Origin: Adineta vaga
Taxonomy: Eukaryota > Animalia > Rotifera
Length of the DNA: 64,000 bases
Assembly (NCBI GenBank): GCA_021613535.1
Contig: CP075495.1
Location: forward strand, 4,216,001 to 4,280,000
Direction: 5' to 3'
A program made the translations under genes and the position numbers. Shown piece after piece: positions 50,847 to 64,000 of this stretch. Each line of letters opens with the position of its first letter. Within the stretch, counting starts at the first letter, position 1. A model generated the notes under the pieces. It did not search any database. It was given only the letters and a program-made list of their open reading frames with translations, and was not told the origin of the DNA.

Positions 50847-52937
50847 ATTTTTGAAAATAAAGATGAAGACTATATCGTATAACCTTGATGAATAAATAAT
50901 GATTTGTTCATTTACAAGTCAATGTTTATTCTAAGACAAAAAAATAGAGCCAATTTTAACCTTGAATTGTCATAACATATATGAATAAAAACGATCTCAG
51001 TAGTGTCAGTTCGTGACATCAATTAGTTATATATATATATGTGAGCGTTTCCATTGTGTATTCATCTTAATATTTGAATAGTACAAAATAATGATTAAAT
51101 TATTAGATAAACATATACAAATAACTGTATTGAGTAAGTACTCATAATTCCATTGACTAGATTTACTTGATTGTATTTCTATCAGTATCAATTTTTCTTG
51201 TTCATCTATCAACTGTTCATTGATCATCAACATTTGATCTTTCATCACTTAAATGACGAAAGCAAAATATCAACGACAATAATAGTAATGATGATGATAC
51301 CACGCACATGGGATATTTGATCCTTGGAAGATGATAAAATTTTGTAACTATCTAGTTAAGTTGTGTAATACATTCCCTTGTTTAAGGCGTTTTACTAATA
51401 CACTCTCTTTATGTCACAAGAGACACAATCGTATCAATATCATTCGTATTTCTTTTTTTTAATCAGGGTAAAGAAGAATTATACGTAATAGATCACGAAT
51501 GAAATGCTAAAAATGTTTAATGTGTGATCATGTATGTGCTTGTGTGTGTGTGCGTATATAAAGTAACGTTGTTAAGCGAAAGAAGAAAAGAAAAGACACA
51601 TTTTTGATAGTAGTAATCGAACAAGAACTATCATAATATAATATTGACAGATTCATACGATAAGATGAAAATAAAATGATCTTCCCATTGTTCTATCTCT
51701 GTTATGTAGTCCAAATAAACGAATAACAAGTAGGTATAATAATTAGAAAAGAGGGAAATATTAAGTACAAATGTAGACGATATCATCTCGAAGAGAGAGA
51801 GAGAAAGAGAGAAAGAGAGTAAGAAAAGAAATGTATTAAATCAGTAAATGTGTATGTAATCAAGAAGTAGCATAAGCATAGTTGAACACGTCCAGACAAG
51901 CACAGCGGGTGGTGAAGCGAAGGGAACTAATGAAGAGCCCAATATTATTCTCTGAATTAAGCATTAAAAAGCGAAGGAACTGCCTCGAGTAAAATATATG
52001 AATGTTAATGAATTGTTTAGTAGCCTGACAGAAAAGGCGAGAGACGATGCCGGTGAAATAATCTGATGAGATTATGGCATTATTGTTACGTTACATATAA
52101 TATAATTAGAAATGTGATTACCAAACTTGATAGAATTGAGAAGGTTAACTGCAGAAATAACTATAAACAAATCAAATTGATCAACAAGCGTTTTTACCCT
52201 CTTCTATGTATCTATTGTTTGTAATCAATCAAATATAATTCATGTGTAAATCGCTTAATGAAGTTCGTTCTCTTGATATTATCTCAAGTAGAATTCCGGA
52301 TATTGATCGATTGGTCGACATTAACTATCAGATTCTTTTTTTTCCATCCAGTAGACTATATTTAAGAATTTTAGTAAGATTGATATAAGAAAAACGTTGA
52401 TTGTTACTTTCTGTCTATTTGAATAGACAGACAAATATCCTGCGACGCATACTTGATGTTCATTTTTTTTACTTACTTTCTTTCTTTCCTCTTTTTTCTT
52501 CTTCTGTCACTACAACCGGACACTCAACAATTGTGTGGTATGTTGACTCACATACGCCCCTATGATATGAATCGTAGTCGTGATGGTCATCTTCTCCTTT
52601 TTTTTTGTACAACAATTAAGAGAAACGAAGAAAAAAGAAGATGAAGTGTAATAACAAACCTACTCACACATTATCCCTCACTCGACGACTGTATTGATGG
52701 GTTATACAAGAGTCTTTCATTCACACACGCATACACACACGATAGATTTTTATTTTGAAAACTTATATTAAAGCACGCAACCTATTCAATCGTTTCATTC
52801 GTTCTAATTTTTATTCTAGACTATGTCATCTTGTCAACTAAACTTCTAACTAAACGTACATCAACATATTGCATTGATTACCATTTTTGATCGGAATTGA
52901 TTATCATTCTTTTTTTCCTCCTCTTTTCCATTAGAGA

Positions 52938-54327
52938 ATGCCAACAACATTATCATCCGATCGCTATTCAGCAGTTTCATCATCATCTGCTTCCTCTACC
53001 TCATCAAACAGTTGCTACAATAATAACAACAATAAGAATAATAACAATCGCAATTCTTTATCACAATCATCACGATCATCGACAACGTTTTTGCCACTTC
53101 GTTCTGCAACTTCTTCACTACACCTGTCGAAATTAAACAATACAAATTATCATTCTATGCAATCTCTGAAAATTCAACAAAAACAACAACAACAGCAACA
53201 GCAGCAGCAACATAAAACTAATCAAACACCTGTTGCGCGTATCACACCACGTATTATTACAACAAAATTATCTACCAATGATCTATCAAAAGATCAAGAT
53301 GAAGGTTGGCTTAGTTGTGAAGAATTAGAAACAATTGAAAAACGTTTTAATGATTTATTACAAGAGCCTAAACAGAAAAAATCGATACTTGTCAATAAAA
53401 ATTCACAGCACGATCAACGAGCAAAGAGTTGTGATCGATTAGCTATGGCCGATGATAATTCCAAATTATCATTAATGAGTAGTAAGTTAAATGCTATCTA
53501 TCTATTTCTTTCTAAAAAACAAGCAAATATTTTGTTTTCATACAGTTCCTCGACAGTCATTGATTAATAAAAAAGAAGATGAGACTTTACAGAAATGTTC
53601 ACTACTACCAACGTCATTAATTTATGATAATAATACTCGTCCTCGTGCACAAACTCCACATCAAATTCATCCATCATCAACACGAACAGTTCTCACTGCA
53701 AATGATATATTAAAAGTTGAATCATCATATCGTAGCATTGGTACTCAAGTATTTGCTTGTCATTGTTTATGTGATCTGTATATAACAACAGCCGATCGTT
53801 TAGCTAAACTTGAAGATTGGATCTTATTTCAACATGGTCTACCTGTATGGCTGCTAAATTCGGGCAATGATCCGAAAAGACAATCACGTTTTTCCTTAAT
53901 TATTGCTGAACATGGTTCTGGTTTTCCTATATGGGAAGATACAATAAATGGATTTAGTGATGTTAAACAAGCTCGTGCACAACATATCACATTTCGTTTA
54001 TCTGATCAAAAAACACTTGCTGTACTTCGTTTTAATGATTTAACAGCATCGAAAGAATTCTATTCCTATTATAAATCAATTCGATGTGATACTCGTTATG
54101 AACATTTATTTACAACAGAAATATCGTCTAAACATCATCGAAGTTCATCATGTGGTTCTCTACTACGAAAACGTCAAAAAAATCAAAAATCAATTAATAA
54201 ATCTTCGATATCAAATCCATGTCAATTTCAACATATAACTTGTTTACAAGTCAAAGATCGTGTTCGTTTAATAACACTTGATCAATGTTTGATACCGTGT
54301 CACAATTATTCGAATGAACAAATATAA
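52938..54327 (+). CDS. WH1/EVH1-like plus CRIB-like protein (MESR3-like); intron 53482-53545
   Basis: S/N/Q-rich N-terminus; GLPVWLLNSG..LIIAEHGSGFPIWED..LRFND...EFY; C-terminal ISNPCQFQHIT resembling CRIB ISxPxxFxH. Confidence 0.7.
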
Positions 54328-56002
54328 AGCGAAAGCGAACAATAAAAAGTAATCAAGTGATAAGAAACTTTTCTATATTGGTTGATTTTACGCTGTTGTT
54401 TTCTTTCTTTGATCATATAAATATGGACAGTATGAAGTGGAAAGATAAGTCATCGATTGAATGTCAAATGATAAAAGAAATAAAAAGTAAAGATTAATTA
54501 TGTACGTCAGTTGTTTTCACATAGAAACCTTACAGTATAGTTTTGATCGATCAAAGATATGGATTCGATGAAGAAGAAGACTAAACGTATTGTTAGAACA
54601 AAGTATTACGGTTAGATTTTACATGAACGAAACAAAAATGAAGAAATCGTGGGATTAAGTTCTTTTTTTAGATCATGGTCATGATTATTATATAATCATA
54701 TTTCCTTCAAAATGTTGATTATTATCAAGCATATCCTATTGTGTGTATATATCTGCTGACAAAAAGATAGACAGCAGTTATCAAGGCATTGTCTTTCTGT
54801 GGAATAATTACCATGTGAGATGTAAAGATAGATATAAATGGTAGTATTTGTCGGTCGTTGTAATCGTTTTGATACTAATGTTCACAGAGCTGATACGATC
54901 CTTATTTATTTTCATTTAACATGTTTATTCTTTAAATTATCTAAGAATATAATATAAAAAGTCGTATTGATGTTTATCATCGGATTTTTCAATATCTTTA
55001 CAACTTCACAAAGATAGATATTTTCGTCTTTCTTTTTGAAATTTGTCATCTCAGTTATTGATTAGATAAATGATAAATTTTCATATATAATATAAACAAT
55101 CGAGGATTTTATTTTATGAATAAAAATAGTGCAAAGCTTTGATCGATATCATGGATTTAATTTAATACAAGTATTACAAGTCGATCGATGGGATTAGATT
55201 GACAACGATGAGCTTTCTTTTTCAATGAAAAATAACACAATAATATTGTTTCATATAAAGGATAGAATCAACGAAGCATACTATATGTAAAATAAGATGC
55301 ACTATCTTAATCTTTATATACACTGGTATCATTTTATAAATTTGTGATCAAAGCGAATGACATATTTTTCTCATCCATAATATAGACGTAGACATGCGAA
55401 TGCACAGAGATATGAACTTAACACATGTTTAGATGTATTGTATTGATCAAATGTATCAAGTGTTTGATTCATTTCTTATAATTTTCTTTGTGTAATTTTT
55501 GTTTCGTACATGTGAAAAATTTCACATTTCAACAAAAATACCCAATACTTTTCTTTTTTTCTTCCCTCGACGGGTGATATAGCTTTATTTGATAACTCGT
55601 TTCTGTTTCTTCTTTCACTCTCGCCGCTCCTAATGATCATTCATTCTTTTTTCACAATATACATCCATGTGATCTTATTGACTTGACGAATAACATTCTG
55701 CTGAATATATAAATATATATATCTCTCTCTATACATACATTGATGTCTTTCTTTTTCCATCTGGGTATTTCTATTTATCTGATCGAAAATTTATACCCAC
55801 AATTTACGCATAAAATGTTTTTCATTCGTTGATTTAAGACTTGACTCTACACTTTGTTCTTCTTTTTTCCTCCAGATAAAGAATTTCATTCTCATATATT
55901 ATTCAGTGACACATTATTCGTATATATATATATATATATATACTACAACATTAGTTTCTCGTCTTACAGAAGTATATAAATTTGGTATAGTTATCAAAAA
56001 GA

Positions 56003-59000
56003 ATGTCTGCATGGGGAAAACGACAAGGTAAATAAGTGATATACATATTGCTTTTAAATCACTAGGTTCTTTCTTATTCGAATGAATAGCTCGAGCTGAT
56101 ACAAAACCAAATGTAGGATCTGCAACTACCACAAATGGTACAGCAGCACCAAAGAAATCTGCTTGGGGTGCTCCGCCAGGAGTATCACCAGTTGCTCCTG
56201 CTCCTGTGACTTCAACAGAACGGTCTTCAAGTGCATTTCCAACACCACGTGAAGCGATGGAAAATCTTTCTTTAGACTCTCCCTCTTCACATACGACTGT
56301 ACGTTCTCAAAGTGCTCGTCCATCAAATCGCCGTCCGCAATTACATTCAGCTGTTCCTGAATCAGCTGTCTTAACTCCTGTGCGTCGTCCTGATGAAGGT
56401 GGAAAAGTTGGTAAAACAGTGGATGTGTACACAAATCATTTTCGTGTTCATATCGATGCTGGTGTTGTTAACCAATATGATATTGAAATTTACATGATTG
56501 GTCGTGATAAAAAACCGAGATTAGCACGAAAAGATGAACGATGGGAAACAGTTCAACGCATTGCTAAACGTGAAAAAAATTTCCCGATTATTTGGTATGA
56601 TGAAGGCAAGACAATTTATACGAAAGAATTATTAACTGATTTTACTAAACCATTACAAGTAACATTTAAAATGAATAATGAAGATAAAACATTTCAATTT
56701 CAAGTGTTAAATCTTGTTCGACAAGAAAAAATTCGAGATATTTTTGATTTTATTGAAAAGAAAACATCGATACGACCAAGAGATTCAATTCGAATTATAG
56801 AAACGCTTTTCAAACAACGGGCAAGAAATGATTTAATTTCTTTTCGAAATCAATTCTATGATCGAAAACAAAAACTAGATGATCTTGGTAAGTATACCAT
56901 TGAATTTTTCATGAGATTTAATGTATACTTTTATTTTTAGGTGATGGTCGTGGTATGGCAAATGGATTCTATCAAGCACTTTTTCTTACTCAATTAGGGC
57001 CAACTTTAAATATTAATCTTGCATTTACATGTTTTTATATGCCATTAAATTTTGTTGAATTTGCGACGAAATATCTTCGTAAAGATATTACTAAAGGTTT
57101 AAGTGAAATTGAATTACAAGGTTTTCGTCGTATTGTTCGTAATATGTTGAGTATGTTGATTTAAAAACTCTTGTTCATTTATTTTCTATATTTATCGATA
57201 ATATTTAGTTGAAACTATTCATACTGGTCGAGATATTCGTTATCGTATTCGTGGTTTTGGTTTACCAGCAAATCAAATTACTTTTGTACGTGGTGCTAGC
57301 GATGACGCTGGTGATGCATCATTAGGTGAAAAAATTAGTGTTGCAGATTTTTTTGCTGAAAAATATCAAAAATTAAAATATCCAAATTTGCCATGTATCG
57401 ATGGAATGAGTGGTACTCAAAAACGTGCAAATTGGTTACCAATGGAAGTTGTCAGAGTAATTGATGATGTATTTTAAAGAAAAGATTCTTCTTGAGATTA
57501 TCTTCTTTAGCTTGTACCATGGGAACGTTCATTGAAACCATTAGATAGTGTTCAACGAGCATTAGTCACAAAGAAATCAGTTATTAAACCTGAACAACGT
57601 TATGATCAAATTATGAAAGTTGTACAAAATCGTCAATTCGATACTGATCCATATTTACAAGAATTGAATATTAAAGTCGATAGCAAAGAAATGCTTCAAG
57701 TCAAAGCACGAATTTTACCACCACCAGAAGTAAAATATCGTGGTCAAGGTTCTTCAGAAATAGCTGAACGTGTCAATTTCGGTAAATGGACAATACGTAA
57801 TCGTTTTTATACAACACGTGATATTAATAAATGGGGTATGATTTATTTCGGTTCCAAACCAACACAAGATGTTATTCAAACACTCAAAGATTTTGAAATT
57901 CGTTTACCATCTGTAAATATATTTTTTTCTTGTTTAATCTATTGACGAAAAAGAAAGAAGTATTTTTCTTTAGTTATTACAACGTTATGGTATTAACATG
58001 AAATCTAAGCCAATAACTGTTGCTAAACCTGCAACGAAAGAAGAAATTGAAAATACATTAAATAATGGCAGTAAAGATGGTTGGCAATTGACTATTGTAA
58101 TATTAAATAATACAACTGATAATGTTTATGATTATGTTAAACAATGTGGCAACCAACGATATGGTTTAGTAACACAATGTGTTAGTTATCAAGCATTGGA
58201 AAGAAATATTGGCAAACTTGATATGTGTAAGGAGGAAAATCTTTATCAAGAGATTTTGATTTGATGACATAATACTATTTTTTTTCTAGATGTACAAAAT
58301 TTAAGTCAAAAGATTAATGCTAAAATGGGATGCATCAATGGAGTTGTTAATCTCAAAGCAGCATTAAGTCGACCATCAAATGAAGACCTTTTTATGTTTT
58401 TCGGAGCTGACGTAAGTCAAAATTCTAGATTACCGAATGAAGATGTCATCGATAGTTTTGATAATAATTATTGTATAGATATCTTTCAGTTCTGATTGTT
58501 GTTTCACAGATTGAAACTAAAGAAAGTTTTGAAAATTATTTAGTATTGCAGTTATCTCTGAGAAAATCTTCTATATGTTTGATTGTTTTTTTAGGTCACA
58601 CATACAACTTGTTCAGCTGAACGTCCATCCATTGCAGCTGTTGTTGGTTCACGTGATCCAACCAATTCACTCTACGCAGCTCGTCTTTGCGAACGTATGT
58701 TATTTAAAATAATAATATATGGTCGAACTTTATCTTTTTTTCTATTCAGAATATCCAAAATTAGGTCGTTGTTCGATGGAAATTATAAAAGATTTAGATA
58801 AAATGGTTGTCGATCTTCTTCAATTATTTGCACAATCATGTGGTAATCGTTTACCAAATAAGATTGTCTTCTATCGTGATGGTGTTGATGATGGTCAATA
58901 TCAAAAAGTACTTGATAATGAAGTTGCAAAGATTAAACAAGCATTTCGAAGTAAAGTCTATCTCTCGAAATAAAATAAAGAAATTCTCCTCTGACTTTTT

Positions 59001-59620
59001 TCAGCTGTGTATACCAATCGACAACTACCAAAATTAACATTTATTATTGTAAAAAAACGACATAATACACGATTTTTTGTCTATGATGGACAAATGACGA
59101 AGAATGTAGAAGCCGGAACAATTATCGATCAACAAATTACTCATCCATCACAATTCGATTTTTATTTATGTTCACAAGCAGCACTGTAATATTTCTATTG
59201 TGACGCAGTTTTTCATCGTTGAAACATACTTGATTTTCTATTCTAGTATGGGAACATCACGTCCAGCACTGTATCATGTTCTTCATGATGAAATTGGCTT
59301 TACTAGTGATGATGTTGAACAATTAACATATTGGGTAGAAATTTTTCATGGTTATTAAACGAAAACTATTCTATTGTGATATTTTTTAGCTTTGTCATAC
59401 TGATGCTCGTTGTTCAAAAGCAGTTTCAATTCCAGCACCCATTCATTACGCTCATTTAGCTGCCTATGCATCTCGTACCTTTGATTTTGATGACAATCTC
59501 GATCAGGGTGATGATGCCGATGGATTCGTTGAGAATGCAGAAAATGTGTCGATGGATGATATTAAAACAAAACTTATGGTACTCGATTCTAAAATTGCTA
59601 ATAATATGTGGTTTGTATGA
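56003..59620 (+). CDS. AGO: Argonaute protein (N-PAZ-MID-PIWI) with intact DEDH catalytic tetrad
   Basis: RRPDEGG..VDVYTNHF; PAZ LKYPNLPCI..WLPMEV; MID YDYVK..TQCV..KINAKMG; PIWI FGADVTH, MEII, YRDGV, VKKRHNTRFF, GTSRP, PAPIHYAHLAA; ends MWFV*. Confidence 0.97.
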
Positions 59621-60462
59621 ATATATAGGTTCCTATGTTTGTTTTTCTTGCATGTGTGTGTTGATTAAGCTTGTTGATACTAGCAGAATCTCACTTTGAA
59701 ATATTCTATCTTTTTCTATTTTCTCATACACATAGCATGATCATAGTTTACTTTTTTCTTCATCTCATTTATTCATTCATTCATTCATGCATATCCAGTA
59801 GTATAGAAGAGAACATCAGTTGTCAAACATACTGAACCTTTTTTTCTTGTTGTTGTGAATTTTTTTTGTCACTTAAACAAGAATAAAGTATAGTGTTATT
59901 TACAAAAGCATTCGACTTGAAACTTATTCAAAATGATGACCATAATGTATTGCCAATGAACTGAAAACTATTCAATAATAAGAATATACGATTGTCTCAA
60001 AGAATTTATAGAAAATGGTTTATAAGATGCGTATGAAAAGCATGAAAATAGTCTCTCATGCATAGATTATCAAATACTCTCCCTTCTAACGATCACATTT
60101 ATATAAATGTTTATGTATTACACAATCGTCGTATTTTTTATATAATATTTATCAAAAGACAAAACGAGATTTTCTTTGTCTGACTGTAATTAATTAAATC
60201 AAATTATTCAAGTGAGTAATGCTTTTGAAGTTTCTTTTAATACACTTCAGCAGATAAATTTGTATACACAGATTATTAATACTTTTCGAAATTGAGTTTT
60301 CATACTTATCTTGTTTCTCTGAACAAAAACACTCAAAAGATCGTCTACGCATTCATAAAATGTTGTCAGTCAGTTTTCGATTTATAAAAAAATTGTCAGG
60401 ACACAAACTATTTGTTCTTTTCCATATAACTCCCTAATAAAAGAGAGAGAGATTTATTAGTA

Positions 60463-61431
60463 CTATGCGTTCATTCCTGCATTATTCAGATTGGAATGTC
60501 CTGGTATTACTTTTGCAGTTACTATAAACGTTTTTACACGTGTTATTTCCGTCTGTCGGATACCAATTTTCGCACAGAAGATTGCTTTTACTTCGGTATT
60601 AGTAAAGAATATAATTACTGATTCAACAGCAGCTGCCAATGCAATAAATAATATTGATATCGAATACAATGGCCATGGCACTGCACTGAATTTGTTGATA
60701 AGAATACTAGATAAATACGGTGTTCCACCAACGATAACGACTCCTAAAATCATAAGAATATTTTGAAATACTTTGATATTTCGTTTATTATTTCCTCTGT
60801 TGGCCGCATTCAGTTGAATACGATTTGCATGAGTTGAATGTCGTAGAATAAGACCATATAAAATCACAATTGTATTTATAGGAATAACAAATGCTGCTAC
60901 CATTAAAGCAAATGATGTATGAAATGTTTTACTTGACAAAACACACATGCGAGATTCATGTTCATATTGAAAGGCCACTGGTGAGATTAACATTGAACAT
61001 CCTATAAACACGCCCACTATCCAATTGAAACAAACCATGGTTGCATTTATACGATATGTCAACAGTTGTCGATGTTTGTAAAGAACAGTAATAAAATATC
61101 GTGAAATACCTTGAACAAAATATGATAATGTCTTGACCACACATCCGACTAGAAAAAAACATCCACGAAATCGACACCATGTTGAAAATGAATCATTCTC
61201 AGCTTGTTCATTATTTTGAAATAGAAATGGAATATGAAAAGCTGAAGAAACAACAAACAGCAAGTAGCCTATACAAGAATTGACTGTGAGGAAGTTTGAT
61301 ATCGATTTACAGCGAAGTCGCCAATGGATGACAATGATGATTGAGATTGTTGATGAAAAGAAGGCTGTTATTAGAAGTAGAAATATAAAGATAATACCAA
61401 TGATAATATAGAAAATATCTTCTGCATTCAT
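60463..61431 (-). CDS. Rhodopsin-like (class A) GPCR, intronless
   Basis: Seven hydrophobic segments; TM3 Cys (WCRFRG); QGISRY at the DRY position; ECL2 Cys; IP in TM5; TP in TM6; helix 8 NTEVK. Confidence 0.85.
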   Translation of the reverse strand: MNAEDIFYIIIGIIFIFLLLITAFFSSTISIIIVIHWRLRCKSISNFLTVNSCIGYLLFVVSSAFHIPFLFQNNEQAENDSFSTWCRFRGCFFLVGCVVKTLSYFVQGISRYFITVLYKHRQLLTYRINATMVCFNWIVGVFIGCSMLISPVAFQYEHESRMCVLSSKTFHTSFALMVAAFVIPINTIVILYGLILRHSTHANRIQLNAANRGNNKRNIKVFQNILMILGVVIVGGTPYLSSILINKFSAVPWPLYSISILFIALAAAVESVIIFFTNTEVKAIFCAKIGIRQTEITRVKTFIVTAKVIPGHSNLNNAGMNA

Positions 61432-62012
61432 TTTGTTCTTAGAAGACTCAGTTAGACACGTTATTGTTGAAGTGGGACGAAGTGTACTGAAGAAGAGAGT
61501 TAAGGCATATATATATATATATATGGAAGTGAAAATATATGAATAGAATAAAAGATGACAGATATTCTTTAGAGAAAAATGCTATATTTTGACGTTGTCG
61601 AGTTTTATTTTGAATGAATGCTTCCATTCATTACAAAATCCAGTTAAACAGTACGTACATACTTGAAATAAATAATTAACAATGATAAGTAACGGAATGA
61701 CGTTTTTCATTCATTAATCTAATATTTATTATTTTATATAATGAGCTTTTAAGACAAGATAAAATTAAGATAAGTTAGACGAATCATTTTAGTTGATGTA
61801 ACATGATATAGTTCTGAAATTCGATTTCAGCAGCTACGAAATTTTGAACAAAGAGTAGATATAGTAATATATGCTATATATTATTATCTAAATTCTAAAA
61901 ATCTCTCATAGAATCTCAGGAAAATTAAGTAATCACCGATAAATCTTTATATTTATACAAAAATTTGCTGATATTTCAAGCTCCTCTTTAGTAACAATAA
62001 ATATATAGATAA

Positions 62013-62775
62013 TTAAAAATATCCATCGGCGATTTTATAGGATCCTATTTGTACTGAATATGTATCGTTACTTAGATCTCTCATTTGATTATTTATATAG
62101 TACTGAGCAACAACTGTCCAATTTCCTGCTTGTATTATACTTCCATTAATGAGTTCGAAAGTGTAAACGACTTGTGTACTTGTAGTATTGATAGTATTTA
62201 ACATAAATGCACCTCCAATATTAACATAAGAATGTGGACCAGTCAGAGTTGGTGTTTTTTGTACAGTTATAATAATTTTCAACTCAGTCAATGTAACTAT
62301 ATTTTCGAATTGTACGGCTTCTTCTTGATAAAATCGACTACCTGATGATGTCGTAGAGATATAATTAAAGAATGAAATTATCTGTGAAGAAGATGGTATC
62401 ACTGATGTACTCGTATACGACTACAAAAGAAAGACTTCATATCAAAACTGTTCACTTTATATGAAAATATCTTACTAATGATGATGATTGATTGATAAAG
62501 CAAACTCGAGAATTAATTTTCACATGAAGATCAGATATTGAGACGTTACTATCAAATATGTAACAGGAATTCGTAGATTTATCATATTGAAAACCATACA
62601 CAAGACTTTGCTGAATGCTTAAACATTGACATGATTTGATTGTTATATTATCATAGAGAACCGCGTCCGATGGCAGAGTAAGATTCGCATTTGCATAACA
62701 ACTTAGACGAATACTAACAATACAGTGTGCAAGAGAAGCTAGAAAAATGAGAAAGTTGACGATCAAGTAACACAT
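62013..62775 (-). CDS. Secreted protein with Apple/PAN-like Cys module and C-terminal beta-rich domain (1 intron)
   Basis: Signal peptide; C..CQC...FQY.....C.......C pattern; in-frame GT..AG junction SSSL|SYTSTSVIP. Confidence 0.6.
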
Positions 62776-63306
62776 CGTTTGACTGTTTAGTTCAATACAT
62801 GACTTTCATTTATACAAAGTTCGTTAATTATACTAAGAAATTCTTTTTGATTAGCTCACATGCAATCATTTTTCATTAAAATAATTTGAGATTCTTTTGA
62901 TGAATATTAACTAATGTCAACAATCGTTAAAAATACTTTTAAATACACAGTAATCGAAGAAAAAGAAGTTTTTCGCTATAATTATAATTCAGTCTTTCTA
63001 CTGCTTAACATCGGTATTGATTTTGAAAATCTATTTATTCTATTGCATATAGATTTTTTGATCGTTGACGTAGTCACCTTTTCGGACAAACTAAAAGAAG
63101 CTGCGCATAAACATTTGATTATAGAATAGACGATGCTATTCTTAAAAATCATATATTCTTCGACTGATTAATTTTCACTTCAAAATACAATAAATTTTCT
63201 TCTTTCTTAATTAAACGTATGCAAATACGGAATTGACTTAATAGATCGATAATAACTGAATATATATATATAAAGGATTTCGAGTACCTTCTATTTTCAT
63301 TTGAAA

Positions 63307-64000
63307 ATGTTGTTTTTGAACAGGAACTATTCGGAAATTGCTAATCAATGTTTATTAGGTCTATGTATTTATCCCAGAGAATATTTTCTTAATAAATATT
63401 CTATAATTCATTCGAATACCTTAATGATTCCAATCGTTGGGGCAATTCATTATGATTTACCGTCATTACGTTATATTTATATGTGTGTTCTCATTGTTTT
63501 GGTGATAATTGGTTTGATTAATAATATCTTTTCTTTAATGACACTTCTTCGTGATCGAATTCGATCGACTATTTGTGGAATCTATTTAATTATGTATTCA
63601 ACTTGTAGTTTTATCTTAATGATTTTACTTCTGACAAATATTGGCATTGTTATGTACTATAATGAGTATTTAATACGATTATGGGCATGTCATGGTTATC
63701 CATATCTATCGTTGACAATGGTTTATACAAGTATTTTAATCAGTGTAGCCTTTGCAATCGAAGGTGTTTTAACAAAATGTTTTAAATTTGATAAATTTCG
63801 TTCTAAAAAAAGTGCGATTTTGAATTCTCTATCGTTTATATTTATCGTTTCAATATCAAATCTTGATAAAATATTTGCACGTAATTTAATTCTTGATCAA
63901 TCGGGTAATTTCCATTGTTTATATGAACAATATGCATATAAATCTTGGTCAATGATTTTATTTTTCATTTATATAATTTTACCATGTATCATTCATTTTA
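63307..64000 (+). CDS. Class A GPCR-like 7TM protein, 3' truncated by the window
   Basis: Open frame to the window end: TM1 IGLINNIFSLMTL, ICGIYL, WACHG, AIEGV at the DRY position, ECL2 FHCLY, TM5 ILPCIIHF. Confidence 0.75.
   Translation, partial: MLFLNRNYSEIANQCLLGLCIYPREYFLNKYSIIHSNTLMIPIVGAIHYDLPSLRYIYMCVLIVLVIIGLINNIFSLMTLLRDRIRSTICGIYLIMYSTCSFILMILLLTNIGIVMYYNEYLIRLWACHGYPYLSLTMVYTSILISVAFAIEGVLTKCFKFDKFRSKKSAILNSLSFIFIVSISNLDKIFARNLILDQSGNFHCLYEQYAYKSWSMILFFIYIILPCIIHF

Noticed and set aside
51027-51310. Short hydrophobic minus-strand ORFs
   Set aside because: Too short, low complexity, and no consistent splice or motif support.

Overview
AT-rich, gene-dense eukaryotic DNA with many short (~50-65 nt) GT-AG introns. 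Metazoan housekeeping genes are mixed with intron-containing genes of bacterial or fungal type. This pattern best fits a bdelloid rotifer (inference; no taxonomic marker was checked). About 23 protein-coding genes were reconstructed by manual splicing. Host-type genes: SMC6, GCSH, USP40, LITAF-domain protein, Mn-type CDF transporter, CNOT9/RCD1, EF-hand protein, ATP synthase subunit c, MESR3-like WH1/CRIB protein, a slicer-competent Argonaute, two class A GPCRs and several orphans. Candidate horizontally acquired genes: a tandem pair of MscL mechanosensitive channels sharing an intron, a PQQ-type sorbosone dehydrogenase and a GIN/DUF2807 protein (both with signal peptide and GPI-like tail), a divergent ATP-grasp ligase, and a fungal-type MFS/ACS transporter whose proton-coupling residues are neutralised. 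Also present: five identical tRNA-Glu(TTC) genes in tandem, an operon-like GCSH-USP40 junction, and two isolated frameshifts (CNOT9, ATP-grasp) that may be assembly errors. All family calls come from motif recognition, not database searches.
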